A stretch of 64,000 nucleotides of DNA. Source: Squalus acanthias (lineage: Eukaryota). The notes under the pieces were generated by a model that made no database searches, was not told where the DNA came from, and saw only the letters and a program-made list of their open reading frames with translations. Shown here piece by piece: positions 1-11,204 of the stretch (positions are counted from its first letter, which is position 1; the number at the start of each line of letters is the position of its first letter). Both the position numbers and the translations under genes were made by a program. The stretch is taken from positions 310,001 to 374,000 of the forward strand of contig JASTWF010000369.1 of NCBI GenBank assembly GCA_030390025.1, in the 5' to 3' direction.

Positions 1-445
1 ATTTCACTTTGCTGTTTAATTAAAATTAATGAAAATTATTACAAAGCTTTTAAAACTCTTTAAATTGCTTTAAATCTCATTCAAAGTCTTAAAAACTATT
101 TAAAATTCTTCAAATCCATTTAAAAGTCTACAAAATTTTCTAAAAGTTTACTAATTTTATAAACTAGAAAGAAAGAAGTTACTATTAAGATTAACAGCTC
201 CTTTCAATGGTGAAGGCTCTGGAGATGTAAAAAAAAAACAATCGGGGGCGTGGCCTATGCAAATATAAATGTTGACAGGTCTTGTGGGCGGGTCTCCCCT
301 ACGAACGAAGCTCCAGGTTCCGCACACGGCATACGCTGCCAGGCTTCCTCAAGATGAAAGCGCATAAACTGCAGGTAGTTGCGGATCTTTTTTGCTGGTC
401 GCAGGCAACCGTCCGCGGAAAGTCTACGATCGCAATTTCAGCGCC
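1..445 (-). mobile_element. Left end (TIR + promoter) of a Harbinger-type Myb/SANT-encoding element running off the window start
   Basis: Reverse complement of 1-14 (CAGCAAAGTGAAAT) equals the sequence leading into the Myb/SANT ATG at 49896. 243-264 matches the reverse complement of 49649-49670 at 21/22 nt. TIR-like GCAATTTCAGCGCC at ~432-445. Confidence 0.7.
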
Positions 446-490
446 CGCGTAAACAATGAGGAGGATAGTAACAGTCTTCAGTAGGTCATA

Positions 491-2220
491 GAGGGGAGAA
501 ATTCGTGTGTTTAGCCCCACACGTTAGCGCAACGAGATGGTGCTAAAATGCCATTCAGAGCTCTACAACCAGCTGTTGGCAGTTCCAGCATCGCACGCCA
601 TATCCGTCTTCCTGGTAACACTGCCGGTAAACTCGATCGCCAGGGACATCACAATCATAGAGATCATGAAGTCAGTGAGTGTGCAACGCTCACTTGATGC
701 CCGATCTCCCACCTTCGTTTTGACCATGGAACTTACCGACTGGAGAAAGCAATGACAGGTTGAGGTGGTGTGCAGCAGCAGGAAGCGATGCTATTTAAAG
801 TGTTCATCACCACTCACTCGCACCTGACAGGGTTTTGCAGTTTGAGTGGTTGTGTGCTAATTCCTGCTACTGCAAGAGCTTTTATTAATTATTTCAAGGT
901 TATTTGGTGTCAGGGAGTCTTCTGGCAAGTGCAAAAAACCCTCAATACTCTGAAACGCTTCAAACTACAACACTTGCGAAAAGTCATGGGGGCTGTACTG
1001 GCAGTCGTCCTCGCCCTCCAGGATCAACAGTGAAGGGAGCGAAGGCAGGGAGAAAGATGGAATCTTGTGCACAGAGGGAGGTGGTGGGCCACCAGGGCTG
1101 TCAACAGGAGGCCTTACCCTCCTACGGTCTTCCAACAGCACTTCTCGTAACCTTCAAATAAGCAACGTGTATAAGGAGGCTCCGCTTCAGCAAGGAGCTG
1201 GACACAGAACTCTGCCATCTCCTGCAACCTGACCTCGAGCCTCAGGTCAGGGCGACCACGGCTTTCCCTGTGCCAAGGTCACCGTGGCACTCAATTTCTT
1301 CACCAGCGGAACCTTCCAGTCTGCAGCGGGAGAAGGGACGACATTGGCTTCCCGATCTCAAGACCGAAGCAGGACGAGCGTGCATGTGACTTTCCCAGGA
1401 TAGCGGGATTCCCCATGGTGCAGGGCGCCATTGACTGCACCCAGGTGGCTTTGTGACCAACGCATAATCCTGAGATCATCTGTAACTAAAAAGGCTACCA
1501 CTCACTTAATGTGCAGTTGGTGTGCGACCACGCACAGCGAAACCTGAACGGCAATGCCCGCAATCCCAGCACCAGACACGATGCCTTCATCCTGTGCCCG
1601 CATTCTTCCAGCCACCAGGTCAAGCTCGCCGCTGGTTGCTCGGTGACAAGGACTATCTGCTTTTCACCTGGCTCATGTCTCCCCTCCACAAACCCATCGC
1701 TCGTGCCCAGCACTCATATAATGAGAGCCATGCTGCCACCAGGAACATCATCGAGCAGACCATCGGACAACTGAAGCAACTTTCCTGCTGGCCTACCCGC
1801 TCGGGTGGAGCCCTCCAGTGCTCGCGGGCGTGGGTGTCCAATTTCCTGGTGGTCTGCTGCATGCTCGACAACCAGCAGGGATTGCGGTACCACCTCAGGA
1901 GGATGACGAGGCAGAGGAGGATGAGCATGAGGAGGAGGAGGAGGAGGAAGAGGACGAGGAGGAGGAGGACGAGGAGGAGGAGGAACAGGAGCGAGGGTGG
2001 AGGCAGATAGACAATCGGCCTTCCAGACGGGTTGTCCATGACAGGCTCATCAGACTCCGATTCACATGAATGAAAGCCCAGATTCCCGTAGCTCATCACA
2101 TCCTTATCAAACAATCCCTGTCACCCGCCATATCACAGCATCCTCCTGGGCACAAAAGTGAAATGAGAGACACCACAAAATATGCCAAACACAATTAATA
2201 AATTTATCTATAAACATATC
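491..2220 (+). mobile_element. Decayed PIF/Harbinger DNA transposon
   Basis: TIR-like GGGGAGAAATTCG near 493, followed by transposase remnants; right end truncated by a CR1. Confidence 0.7.
986..2069 (+). pseudogene. HARBI1-like DDE transposase relic (frameshifted)
   Basis: Pieces across frames: RRLRFSKE..ELCHLL, KVTVALNFF.SG.FQ, GAIDCT, KGYHSLNVQLVCDH, HDAFIL, WLLGDK.Y, YNESHAATRNIIEQTIGQLK, SGGALQ, VVCCML; acidic (GAG)n-encoded tail ending LIRLRFT*. Confidence 0.9.
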
Positions 2221-2229
2221 TCACATAGC

Positions 2230-4020
2230 ACACATATCACATGAATTCTAATAACGAATGAGAGGAACTATGAAATTAAATTATCGAGGAACAAAAACCA
2301 AAATAGTTAAATATTTTACAGGCACATGAATAAGAATGGAATGTCGTGATGGGAATCGGGCCACTAAGGGATGGACAGGCTAATGCCACAGGCAACGATG
2401 GAGACATGGCAGAAATAGAGAGGAGATAGAACAGGTGGACATGACATCGGATGATGATATTAGGAATGAGATAACTGCATTGAAAATAAAAAGATATATT
2501 AAATTAACTAATCAAACTGAAAGAGGAGAAAAGCCTTGGTCCGGATGGATTACATCAGTGTATTCTAAAATAATCTAGTGAAGACATAGCAGAGGCATTA
2601 CTACACATATTTAATAATTCGTCAGAAAAGGTATAGTTCCAGATACTGGCAAATAGCTAACGTAATAGTTATAATTAAGAAGGGAGGTAGAACATGTCTA
2701 GTTAACTATAGACCAAACAGCTTAACGTCAGTGATGAGAAAAATAATGGATTCACTACTAAAGGAGAAAATAGAAGAACGTCGAGAAACCAAAAATAAAA
2801 TAATGAATAGTCAGCATGGATTTCAAAAGGGAAAGTCTTGCTTGACCAACCTCATTGAATTTTTTGTTGAGTTAACAGAGATAGCCGAGAGCGGTAATGC
2901 AGTAGATGTAATTTATCTACTTCGATAAGGTACCACATAATAGAGTAATGAACAAGGCCAGAGAATGCGGAGTCAGGGGGTAAGTAGCAGAATGGAAAGT
3001 TAGCTGGCTTCAAGACAGAAAGCAAAGAGTAGGGGTAAAGGGTAGCTATTCAGATTGACAGAAGGTGCTCCAGAAGGATCAGTGCTGGGACCACTGTTGT
3101 TCACAATTTATATTAAAGATTTAGGTTTTGGAATCAAAAACACAATTTCTAAATTTGCGGATGACACCACATTGGCAGGGTGGGGGCTAGTCAATGCTGA
3201 AGACTGCAACAAATTACAGGAGGACATTAATAAATTTACAGAATGGGCATACAATTGGCAAATCAATTTCAACACAAATAAATGTGAGGTATTACATTTT
3301 GGTAAGATGAATAAGGAGGTCATTTATTACTTGTAGGGTGCGAGTCTGGGTGGGGTAGAGGAACAAAGGGGTCTGTGAGTACGAATACACAAATCACTAA
3401 AAGTAGCAACAAACGTTAATAAGGCCATAAAAAAGCAAACCAAGAACCAGGGTTTATTTCTAGAGGAGAAGAATTGAAAAGTAGTGAAGTTAGGCTGAAC
3501 TTATATCGAACCTTGGTTAGACCACACTTGGAGTACTGCATACAATTCAGGTCGCCATGTTATAGAAAAGGATATAGAGGCACTGGAGAAGCAGCAGAGA
3601 TGATTTACAAGGATTACACCACAAATACGACGGTATAACTATTAGGGAAAAATGAACAGGCTGCGTCTACTTTCTCTTGGAAAAAAGAAGGCTGAGGGAT
3701 GATCTAATAGAGTTTTTTAAAATTATGAAAAATATTGATAGATTAAATACAGAGACATGTTTCCACTTGTGGGGAAGCGCATACATAGAGGCCATCAATA
3801 TAAGCTAGTCACAAAGTCATCGTACAGGGAATTCAGGAAAAAATGTCTTTACCCCGAGAGTGGTGAGAATGTGGAAGTCGCGACCACAGGAGTGGTTGAA
3901 GCGAATAATGTAGACACATTTAAGGAGAGGCTAGACAAGCATATGAGGGAGAAGGGAACTGAGGGTCATGCTGATAGATTTAGATGAGGAAAGACTGAAG
4001 GCGGATCGAGTGGAGCATAA
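2230..4020 (+). mobile_element. CR1 LINE, 5'-truncated and degenerate ORF2
   Basis: SQHGFQKGKSCLTNLIEFF, GSVLGPLLFTIYI, SKFADDT, LVRPHLEYC; CR1 3' UTR. Confidence 0.9.
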
Positions 4021-4029
4021 ACTTAAAAT

Positions 4030-4989
4030 ATATAAGTCACCAGGACCGGATGAGATGCATCCTAGGATGCTGAGGGAAATAAAAGTGGAAATTGCGGAGG
4101 TACTGCCCATATTCTTCCAATACTAATTAGATACGGGATGGTGCCAGAGGATCGGAAATTTGGAAATGCTACACCCTTGTTCAAACACGGTGTAAGGAAA
4201 TATCAGCAACTACAGGACAGTCAATTTTACCTCGGTAGTGGGTAGCTTTCAGAAACGATAATCCGGGACAAAATTAACAGTTACTTGGACAAGTGTTGAT
4301 TAATTAAGGAAAGACAGCACGGATTAGTTAAAGGAAAATTGTGTTTAACTAACTTGATTGAATTTTTCGATGAGGCAACAGCAGAGGGGTGATGAGGGTA
4401 GTGCGGTTCATGTGGTGTACATGGACTTCCAAAAGGCGTTTTTATAAAGTGCCACATAATAGGCTTGCCAGCAAAGTTGGAGCCTATGGAATAAAACGGA
4501 CAGTGACAGCATGGATACGAAATTGACTAAGTGACAGGAAACAGAGAGTAGTGGTGAATGGTTGTTTTGCGCACTGGATGAAGGTATACAGTTGTGTTCC
4601 CCAGGGGTCCTTATTAGAGCACTGTTATTCTTGATAAATATTAATGAGATAGACTTGAATGTACAGGGCAGAATTTCAAAACTTGCATGTGACACAAAAC
4701 TTGTAAGTACAGTGAACAGTGAGGAGGATAGTGATAGAGTTCAAGAGGACATAGACAGGCTGGTGGAATTGAGCGGTCATGTGGCAAATGCAATTTAACG
4801 CAGAAAAGTCTGAAGTGATACATTTTGGTAGGAAGAGCGAGGAGAAGCAATATAAACTAAAGGCTGCAATTCTAAAGGGGATGCATGAACAGTGAGACCT
4901 GGGGTATATGTGCAGAAATCGTTGAAGTTGGCAGGGCGAGTTGAGAAAGTGGATAAAAAAATACGCGATCCTGGACTATATAAATAGAG
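4030..4989 (+). mobile_element. CR1 LINE fragment (host of the Penelope insertion; resumes at 8812-9045 and 9711-9840)
   Basis: SPGPD.MHPR, CLTNLIEFFDE and DFQKAF motifs; ORF2 sequence is collinear across the Penelope and the nested CR1. Confidence 0.85.
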
Positions 4990-5082
4990 GTCATGATGTG
5001 GAGATGCCGGCGTTGGACTGGGGTGGACAAAAATGAGAAGTCGCACAACACCAGGTTATAGTCCAACAGATTTATTTAAAAT

Positions 5083-5118
5083 TACAAGCTTTCGGAGCTG
5101 TCGCTCCTTCTTCAGGTA
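5083..5118 (-). ncRNA. Minimal type I hammerhead ribozyme motif (3' pLTR copy)
   Basis: Minus strand reads TAC-CTGAAGA-A-GGAGC-GACA-GCTCC-GAAA-GCTT-GTA: CUGANGA core, 5-bp helix II, GAAA, palindromic helix III, short helix I. Confidence 0.8.
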
Positions 5119-5351
5119 GGGTAGCTGTGAGAGAATCTCCCAGAATTCACAATATAAACACAGAAAAAATCTATTCAAATCTTTCCCTACATCAAAGACA
5201 CACTAAGAGCACAGCCAAGACAATGAGATGTGTCCCAGGGGGTCCAACGTGTCAAAACACCTGCTGGCTGCATATCCTCTCCATTTGAGTTTGGTTCTTG
5301 TGTTAGTTTTTTTTTTAAAAAAAACCTGGAAAGACCGGCCATGATGTCAAG

Positions 5352-7964
5352 TCACGTTCTGTATCGTGACATGAACCCGATATCGCGATTGAGGCCATCC
5401 TCATGAGTGCGGAACTTGGCTATCAGTTTCTGCTCTATGATTTTGCGCTGTCGTGTATCCCGAAGGCCTTCTTGGAGAACGCTTACCCGCAGATCCGAGG
5501 CTGAATGCCCCTGACTGCTGAAGTGTTCCCCGACTGGGAGGCAACCCTCCTGCCTGGCGATTGTTGTGCGGTGTCCGTTCATACGTTGTCTCAGTGTCTG
5601 CATGGTCTCGCCGATGTACCATGCTCTGGGGCATCCTTTACTGCAACGTATCAGGTAGACAACGTTGGCCAAGTCACATGAGTATGTACCATGTACCTGG
5701 TGGGTAGTGTCCTCACGTGTGATGATGGTATCTGTGTCCATGATCTGGCATGTCTTGCAGAGGTTGCCGTGGCAGGGTTGTGTGGTGTCGTGGTTGCTGT
5801 TCTCCTGAAAGATGGGTAATCTGCTGCGAACGATGGTACTTTTGAGGTTAGGCGGCTGCTTGAAGGCGAGTAGTGGAGTCGTGGGGATGGCCTTAGCAAG
5901 GTGTTCATCGTCATCGATGACATGTTGAAGGCTGCGAAGAACATGGCGTAGTTTTTCCGCTCCGGGGAAGTACTGGACGACGTAGGGTACTCTGTTGGTT
6001 GTGTCCCATGTTCGTCTTCTGAGGAGGTCTATGCGGTTTTTCGCTGTGGCCCGTCGGAACTGTCGATCGACGAGTCGAGCGTCATATCCCGTTCTTACGA
6101 GGGCGTCTTTCAGTGTCCGTAGGTGTCCATCGCGTTCCTCCTTGTCTGAGCAGATCCTGTGTATTCGCAGGGCTTGTCCATAGGGGATGGCTTCTTTAAC
6201 GTGTTTAGGGTGGAAGCTGAAGAAGTGGAGCATCGTGAGGTTGTCCGTGGGCTTGCGGTAGAGTGAAGTGCTGAGGCGTCCGTCTTTGATGGAGATTCGT
6301 GTGTCCAAGAATGAAACCGATTCTGAGGAGTAGTCCATGGTGAGTTTGATGGTGGGATGGAACCTGTTGATGCTATCGTGTAGTCCTTTCAGTGATCCTT
6401 TGCCGTGGGTCCAAAGGAAGAAGATGTCGTCGATGTATCTGGTGTACAGCGTTGGTTGGAGGTCCTGTGCAGCGAAGAAGTCTTGCTCGAACTTGTGCAT
6501 GAAGATGTTGGCGTATTGGGGTGCGAATTTGGTCCCCATGGCTGTTCCGTGTGTTTGGGTAAAAAAATGGTTGTCGAAGGTGAAGACATTGTGGTCAAGG
6601 ATGAAGCGGATGAGTTGTAGGATGGCGTCTGGAGATTGGCTGTTGTTGGTGTTGAGTACTGAGGCTGTCGCAGCGATGCCGTCATTGTGGGGGATATTGG
6701 TGTAGAGTGCCGATACGTCCATCGTGACGAGGAGTGTTCCTGGTTCAACTGGTCCATGGGTGCTGAGTTTCTGCAAGAAGTCTGTAGTGTCGCGACAGAT
6801 GCTGGGGGTTCCCTGTACGGTGGGTTTCAGGATGCCCTCGACGTACCCAGAGAGGTTCTCACACAGGGTTCCGTTGCCTGATACGATAGGACGTCCGGGT
6901 GTGTTGGCTTTGTGTATCTTTGGGAGGCAGTAAAATTCTCCTACGCGGGGAGTACGTGGGATGAGAGCGCGTAGGATGTTTTGAAGGTCTGGATCGAAGG
7001 TCTTGATCAGTCTATTGAGTTGGCGGGTGTGTTCTTTGGTCGGATCTGCGGGTAGCTGTCTGTAGTGTTCCTGGTTGTCCAGTTGTCGGTATGCTTCTTT
7101 GCAATAGTCCATTCTGTTCTGTATGACGATGGCTCCTCCTTTGTCCGCTGGTTTGATGACGATGTTGCGGTTGGTCTTGAGAGCGTGGATGGCGTTGTGT
7201 TGTGCTCGGGTGACATTCTGGACTGTCTTGTGAGTGCGGCTGATGAATCTGGCGTTGATGCATTTCCTGACAGCTTGAGCATACATGTCAAGCTTAGGGC
7301 TGCGACCCTCCAGAGGGGTCCAATTTGACTCTTTCTTCCTCGGTTGTAGCACTGCGGTTCCCTCTGTCTGCTGTTCCGGATCATTGATTGTCTCATTAGG
7401 AATGTTGCTGACATCTTGGGATTTGTGGTAGTATTCCCGGATCCTCATTCTCCTGATGAATTCCTCTGTGTCCGCCGCGAGACCGATGGGGTCCATTTTG
7501 GACAGATTGACGATGGACTTCCCTGTGGTTGCAACCGTGGTACCGGGGGAGGCTTGGTTGCAGCTGGTGGTTACGCCGAGTTTCTCAAGCTTCCTGTTCT
7601 TGATGCGCATGTAGGCAGTGTAGTTCCGTTGCCTCGTCTGTTTGGCGGTGTCTCGTAGCTGGTCTGCTGTGTCCTGAGCACAGGCTGAGAGCATGGACTC
7701 TATCTTGGTTTCGAGGTTGCGACGTCTGCTGTAGAGCTGGTGTACGAGATGGTTGAGGAGTGTGCGAGAGGTACGACGGCAAAGTCTCTTAGCGTAGTCT
7801 GTGTTGTATGTCGACTTGAGTGGGTTCGTGATCTGTAGTCCTTTCGGAATCTTGTCTGCTTTCTTGCATCTCTGCAGGTACTTGATATCTGTGTCAATAT
7901 GCGCGATCTTCTTGGCGATTCTCTCCACTTTGAGCCGGCTGTTTGCGGTGTCAATAGAGGTCAT
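5352..7964 (-). CDS. Penelope-like RT + GIY-YIG endonuclease polyprotein (870 aa from first ATG)
   Basis: Uninterrupted ORF with IKPADKGG, YCLPKIHK..PGRPIVS, TMDVSALYT, GTAMG, YTRYIDD, Cys linker CHGNLCKTC, NVVYLIRC..WYIGET, H..E and GLN motifs. The track starts it at TTG 8036; the first ATG is at 7964. Confidence 0.93.
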   Translation of the reverse strand: MTSIDTANSRLKVERIAKKIAHIDTDIKYLQRCKKADKIPKGLQITNPLKSTYNTDYAKRLCRRTSRTLLNHLVHQLYSRRRNLETKIESMLSACAQDTADQLRDTAKQTRQRNYTAYMRIKNRKLEKLGVTTSCNQASPGTTVATTGKSIVNLSKMDPIGLAADTEEFIRRMRIREYYHKSQDVSNIPNETINDPEQQTEGTAVLQPRKKESNWTPLEGRSPKLDMYAQAVRKCINARFISRTHKTVQNVTRAQHNAIHALKTNRNIVIKPADKGGAIVIQNRMDYCKEAYRQLDNQEHYRQLPADPTKEHTRQLNRLIKTFDPDLQNILRALIPRTPRVGEFYCLPKIHKANTPGRPIVSGNGTLCENLSGYVEGILKPTVQGTPSICRDTTDFLQKLSTHGPVEPGTLLVTMDVSALYTNIPHNDGIAATASVLNTNNSQSPDAILQLIRFILDHNVFTFDNHFFTQTHGTAMGTKFAPQYANIFMHKFEQDFFAAQDLQPTLYTRYIDDIFFLWTHGKGSLKGLHDSINRFHPTIKLTMDYSSESVSFLDTRISIKDGRLSTSLYRKPTDNLTMLHFFSFHPKHVKEAIPYGQALRIHRICSDKEERDGHLRTLKDALVRTGYDARLVDRQFRRATAKNRIDLLRRRTWDTTNRVPYVVQYFPGAEKLRHVLRSLQHVIDDDEHLAKAIPTTPLLAFKQPPNLKSTIVRSRLPIFQENSNHDTTQPCHGNLCKTCQIMDTDTIITREDTTHQVHGTYSCDLANVVYLIRCSKGCPRAWYIGETMQTLRQRMNGHRTTIARQEGCLPVGEHFSSQGHSASDLRVSVLQEGLRDTRQRKIIEQKLIAKFRTHEDGLNRDIGFMSRYRT

Positions 7965-8052
7965 GATGTGGAGATGCCGGCGTTGGACTGGGGTGGACAA
8001 AAATGAGAAGTCGCACAACACCAGGTTATAGTCCAACAGATTTATTTAAAAT

Positions 8053-8088
8053 TACAAGCTTTCAGAGCTGTCGCTCCTTCTTCAGGTA
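8053..8088 (-). ncRNA. Minimal type I hammerhead ribozyme motif (5' pLTR copy)
   Basis: Same motif; helix II is GGAGC/GCTCT, so one G-C pair becomes G-U. Confidence 0.75.
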
Positions 8089-8722
8089 GGGTAGCTGTGA
8101 GAGAATCTCCCAGAATTCACAATATAAACAGAAAAAAAAAATTTTCAAACCTTTCCCTACATCAAAGACTCGGCCAACGTTGTGTACCTGATACGTTGCA
8201 GTAAAGGATGCCCCAGAGCATGGTACATCGGCGAGACCATGCAGACACTGAGACAACGTATGAACGGACACCGTGCAACAATCGCCAGGCAGGAGGGTTG
8301 CCTCCCAGTCGGGGAACACTTCAGCAGTCAGGGGCATTCAGCCTCGGATCTGCGGGTAAGCGTTCTCCAAGGCGGCCTTCGGGATACACGACAGCGCAAA
8401 ACCATAGAGCAGAAACTGATAGCCAAGTTCCGCACTCATGAAGATGGCCTCAATCGCGATATCGGGTTCATGTCACGATACAGAACGTGACTTGACATCA
8501 TGGCCGGTCTTTCCAGGTTTTTTTTTTTTTTAAACTAACACAAGAACCAAACACAAATGGAGAGGATATGCAGCCAGCAGGTGTTTTGACACGTTGGACC
8601 CCCTGGGACACATCTCATTGTCTTGGCTGTGCTCTTAGTGTGTCTTTGATGTAGGGAAAGATTTGAATACATTTTTTCTGTGTTTATATTCTGAATTCTG
8701 GGAGATTCTCTCACAGCTACCC

Positions 8723-8758
8723 TACCTGAAGAAGGAGCGACAGCTCCGAAAGCTTGTA
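8723..8758 (+). ncRNA. Minimal type I hammerhead ribozyme motif (inverted pLTR copy)
   Basis: TACCTGAAGAAGGAGCGACAGCTCCGAAAGCTTGTA on the + strand. Confidence 0.8.
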
Positions 8759-9045
8759 ATTCTAAATAAATCTGTTGGACTATAACCTGGTGTTGTGCGA
8801 CTTCTCATTTTTATATAAATAGAGACATAGAGTATAAAAGTGAGGAGGTTATGATGATCCATTATAAAACACTGGTTCGGCCTCAACTGAAGTATTGTGT
8901 CCAGTTCTAGGCACTGCACTTTAGGAAGGATATGAAGGCCTTAGAAAGGGTGAAGAAAAGATTTACAAGAATGGTTCCAGGGATTAGGGACTTCAGTTAC
9001 GTGGATAGGCTGTAAAAGCTGGTGTTGTTCTCCTTAGAGCTGAGA

Positions 9046-9710
9046 AGAGCAACTGGTATGTTGGCCTTCACAGCGAGAGGATTCGAGTAAAGGAGCAAGG
9101 ATGTTTTGCTGCAGTTGTACAGGGCCTTGGTGAGACCACACCTTGAGTATTGTGTGCAGTTTTGGTCGCCTTTTCTGAGGAAGAATGTTTTTGCCATGGA
9201 GGCAGTGCAGCGAAGATTCACTAGACTGATACCTGGGATGGCAGGAATGACGTATGAAGAGAGATTGGATCGATTAGGCTTATATTCGCTAGAGTTTAGA
9301 AAAATGAGAGGGGATCTCATTGAAACTTATAAAATTCTAACAGGACAAGACAGACTAGAAGCAGGAAGGATGTTCCCGATGGCGGGGGAGTCCGGAACCA
9401 GGGGTCACAGACTAAGGATAAGTGGTAAGCCATTTAGGACTGAGATGAGGAGGAATTTCTTCACCCAGAGACTGGTGAACCTGTGGAATTCTCTACCACA
9501 GAAGGCAGTTGAGGCCAATTCATTAAATATATTCAAGAAAGAGTTAGATATATTTCTTAAGGCTAAAGGGATCAAGGGATATGGGGAGAAAGTAGTGACA
9601 GGGTACGGAATTTGGATGATCAGCCATGATCGTATTAAATGGCCGAGCTGGCTCGAGGGGCCGAATGGCCTACACCTGCTCCTATCTTCTATGTTTATAT
9701 GTTTCTATGA
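9046..9710 (+). mobile_element. Younger CR1 3' fragment nested in the older CR1
   Basis: ORF 9106-9723 LYRALVRPHLEYCVQFWSP...RGDLIETYK; CR1 3' UTR and TTCTATG-type tail; host CR1 resumes at 9711. Confidence 0.9.
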
Positions 9711-9840
9711 TTGCGAGATTTGATAGAGGTGTTCAAAATCATGATGGGTCTAGACCGAGTAGATAGAGAGAAACTTTTCCAATTGGTAGAAGGGTCGAAA
9801 ACCAGAGGATACAGATTTAAGGTGATTGACAGAAGAACCA

Positions 9841-11135
9841 GCGGCTGCCCTCAAAAGTTTGTCACCATCCTCTGCCTGCTTCACAACGACATGCAAGCCG
9901 TGATCCTGACCAATGGATTCAACACAGACCTAATTCACGTACGGACCGGGGTCAAGCAAGGCTGCATCATCGCACCAACGCTCTTCTCGATCCTCCTGGC
10001 TGCAATGCTTCATCTCACCCTCTGTAAACCCCCCGCTGGAGTGGAGCTAATCTACATAACAAACGGGAAACTGTTCAATCCGTCGCCTCCAGTCCAGGTC
10101 CAAGGTCGCCCCATTCTCTGTCATCGAATTACAGTATTGAGACGATGCTTGCGTCTGCGCACACTCTGAGGTTGAATCCAAGCCATCGTCAACACCTTCA
10201 CCGAAGCGTACGAGAGCATGGGCCTTACACTAAACATCCGTAAGACAAAGGTCCTCTACCAACCTGCCCCCGCCACACAGTACTTCCCTCCGATTATCAA
10301 AATCCATGACAAGGCCTTGGACATAGTGAACCACTTTCCATAACTCGGGAGCCAACTGTCAACAAGGGCAGACTTCGATGACGAAGTCCAACACCGCTTT
10401 CAGTGCACCAGTGCAGCCTTCGTTCGTCTGAGGTAGAGAGTGTTTGAAGACCAGGACCTCAGACCCAGCACCAAGCTCATGGTCTACAGAGCAATAATGA
10501 TACCCATCCTCCTGTATGCTTCAGAGACATTGACCATGTACAGCAGGCACCTCAAAGCACTGGAGAGGTACCACCAACGCTCTCTCGCAAGATCCTGTAA
10601 ATCCATTGGCAGGATAGGCGCACCAACGTCAGTGTTCTCGCTCAGGCCAACAACAACAGCAGCGAAGCTTTGACCAAGCTCGATCAGCTCCGATGGACGG
10701 GTCACATCGTCCGCATGCCCGATACGAGACTCCCAAAACAAGCGCTCTACTAAGAGCTCCGACACGGCAAGAGAGCCCCAGGTGGGCAGAGGAAACGCTT
10801 CAAGGACACCCTCAAAGCCTCCTTAAAAAAGTGCAACATCCCCACTGACACCTAGGAATCCCTGGCCCAAGACTGCACAAAGTGGAGGAGAAGCATCCGG
10901 GAAGGCGCCGAACACCACGAGTCTCTCTGCCAGAAGCAAGTGGAAGCCAAGCGCAAACAGAGCAAAGAGCGTTCGTCAACCCAAGCACCACACACATGCG
11001 CCCCTTCAACCACCGTTTGCCACACCTGTGACAGAGACTGTAGTTCCCGAATTGGACTCATCAGTCATCTGAGAACTCATTTTAAATGTGGATGCAAGTC
11101 ATCCTCGGTTCCGAGGGACTGCCTAAGAAGAAGAG
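9841..11135 (+). mobile_element. RTE-clade LINE, 5'-truncated
   Basis: GCPQKFV.IL.LLH.DM, TGVKQGCIIAPTLFSI, TKLMVYRA...P.LLY.SET, terminal C2H2-like C..C.R.C.SRIGLISH.RTH; (AAG)n tail. Confidence 0.9.
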
Positions 11136-11204
11136 AGATTCCCAACCCACGCCGGTTTATACTGCTGCCATTTAAACTCCACCCTCAAATATTGTAGCCT
11201 CTGT

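Larger units (their letters stand above)
4983..8812 (-). mobile_element. Penelope-like retroelement (Neptune-type) with direct pLTR repeat and inverted 5' copy; TSD TATATAAATAGAG
   Basis: Direct repeat ~4983-5199 = ~7953-8169; inverted repeat ~5029-5675 vs ~8167-8812; 13-bp duplication at 4977-4989 and 8812-8824. Confidence 0.95.

Noticed and set aside
1899..2010. Protamine-like Arg-rich tail of ORF 1522-2010
   Set aside because: Off-frame reading of the (GAG)n acidic tail of the Harbinger transposase.
8182..8490. Stand-alone GIY-YIG nuclease gene
   Set aside because: Inverted duplicate of the Penelope ORF 3' end; starts at GTG beside the inversion junction.
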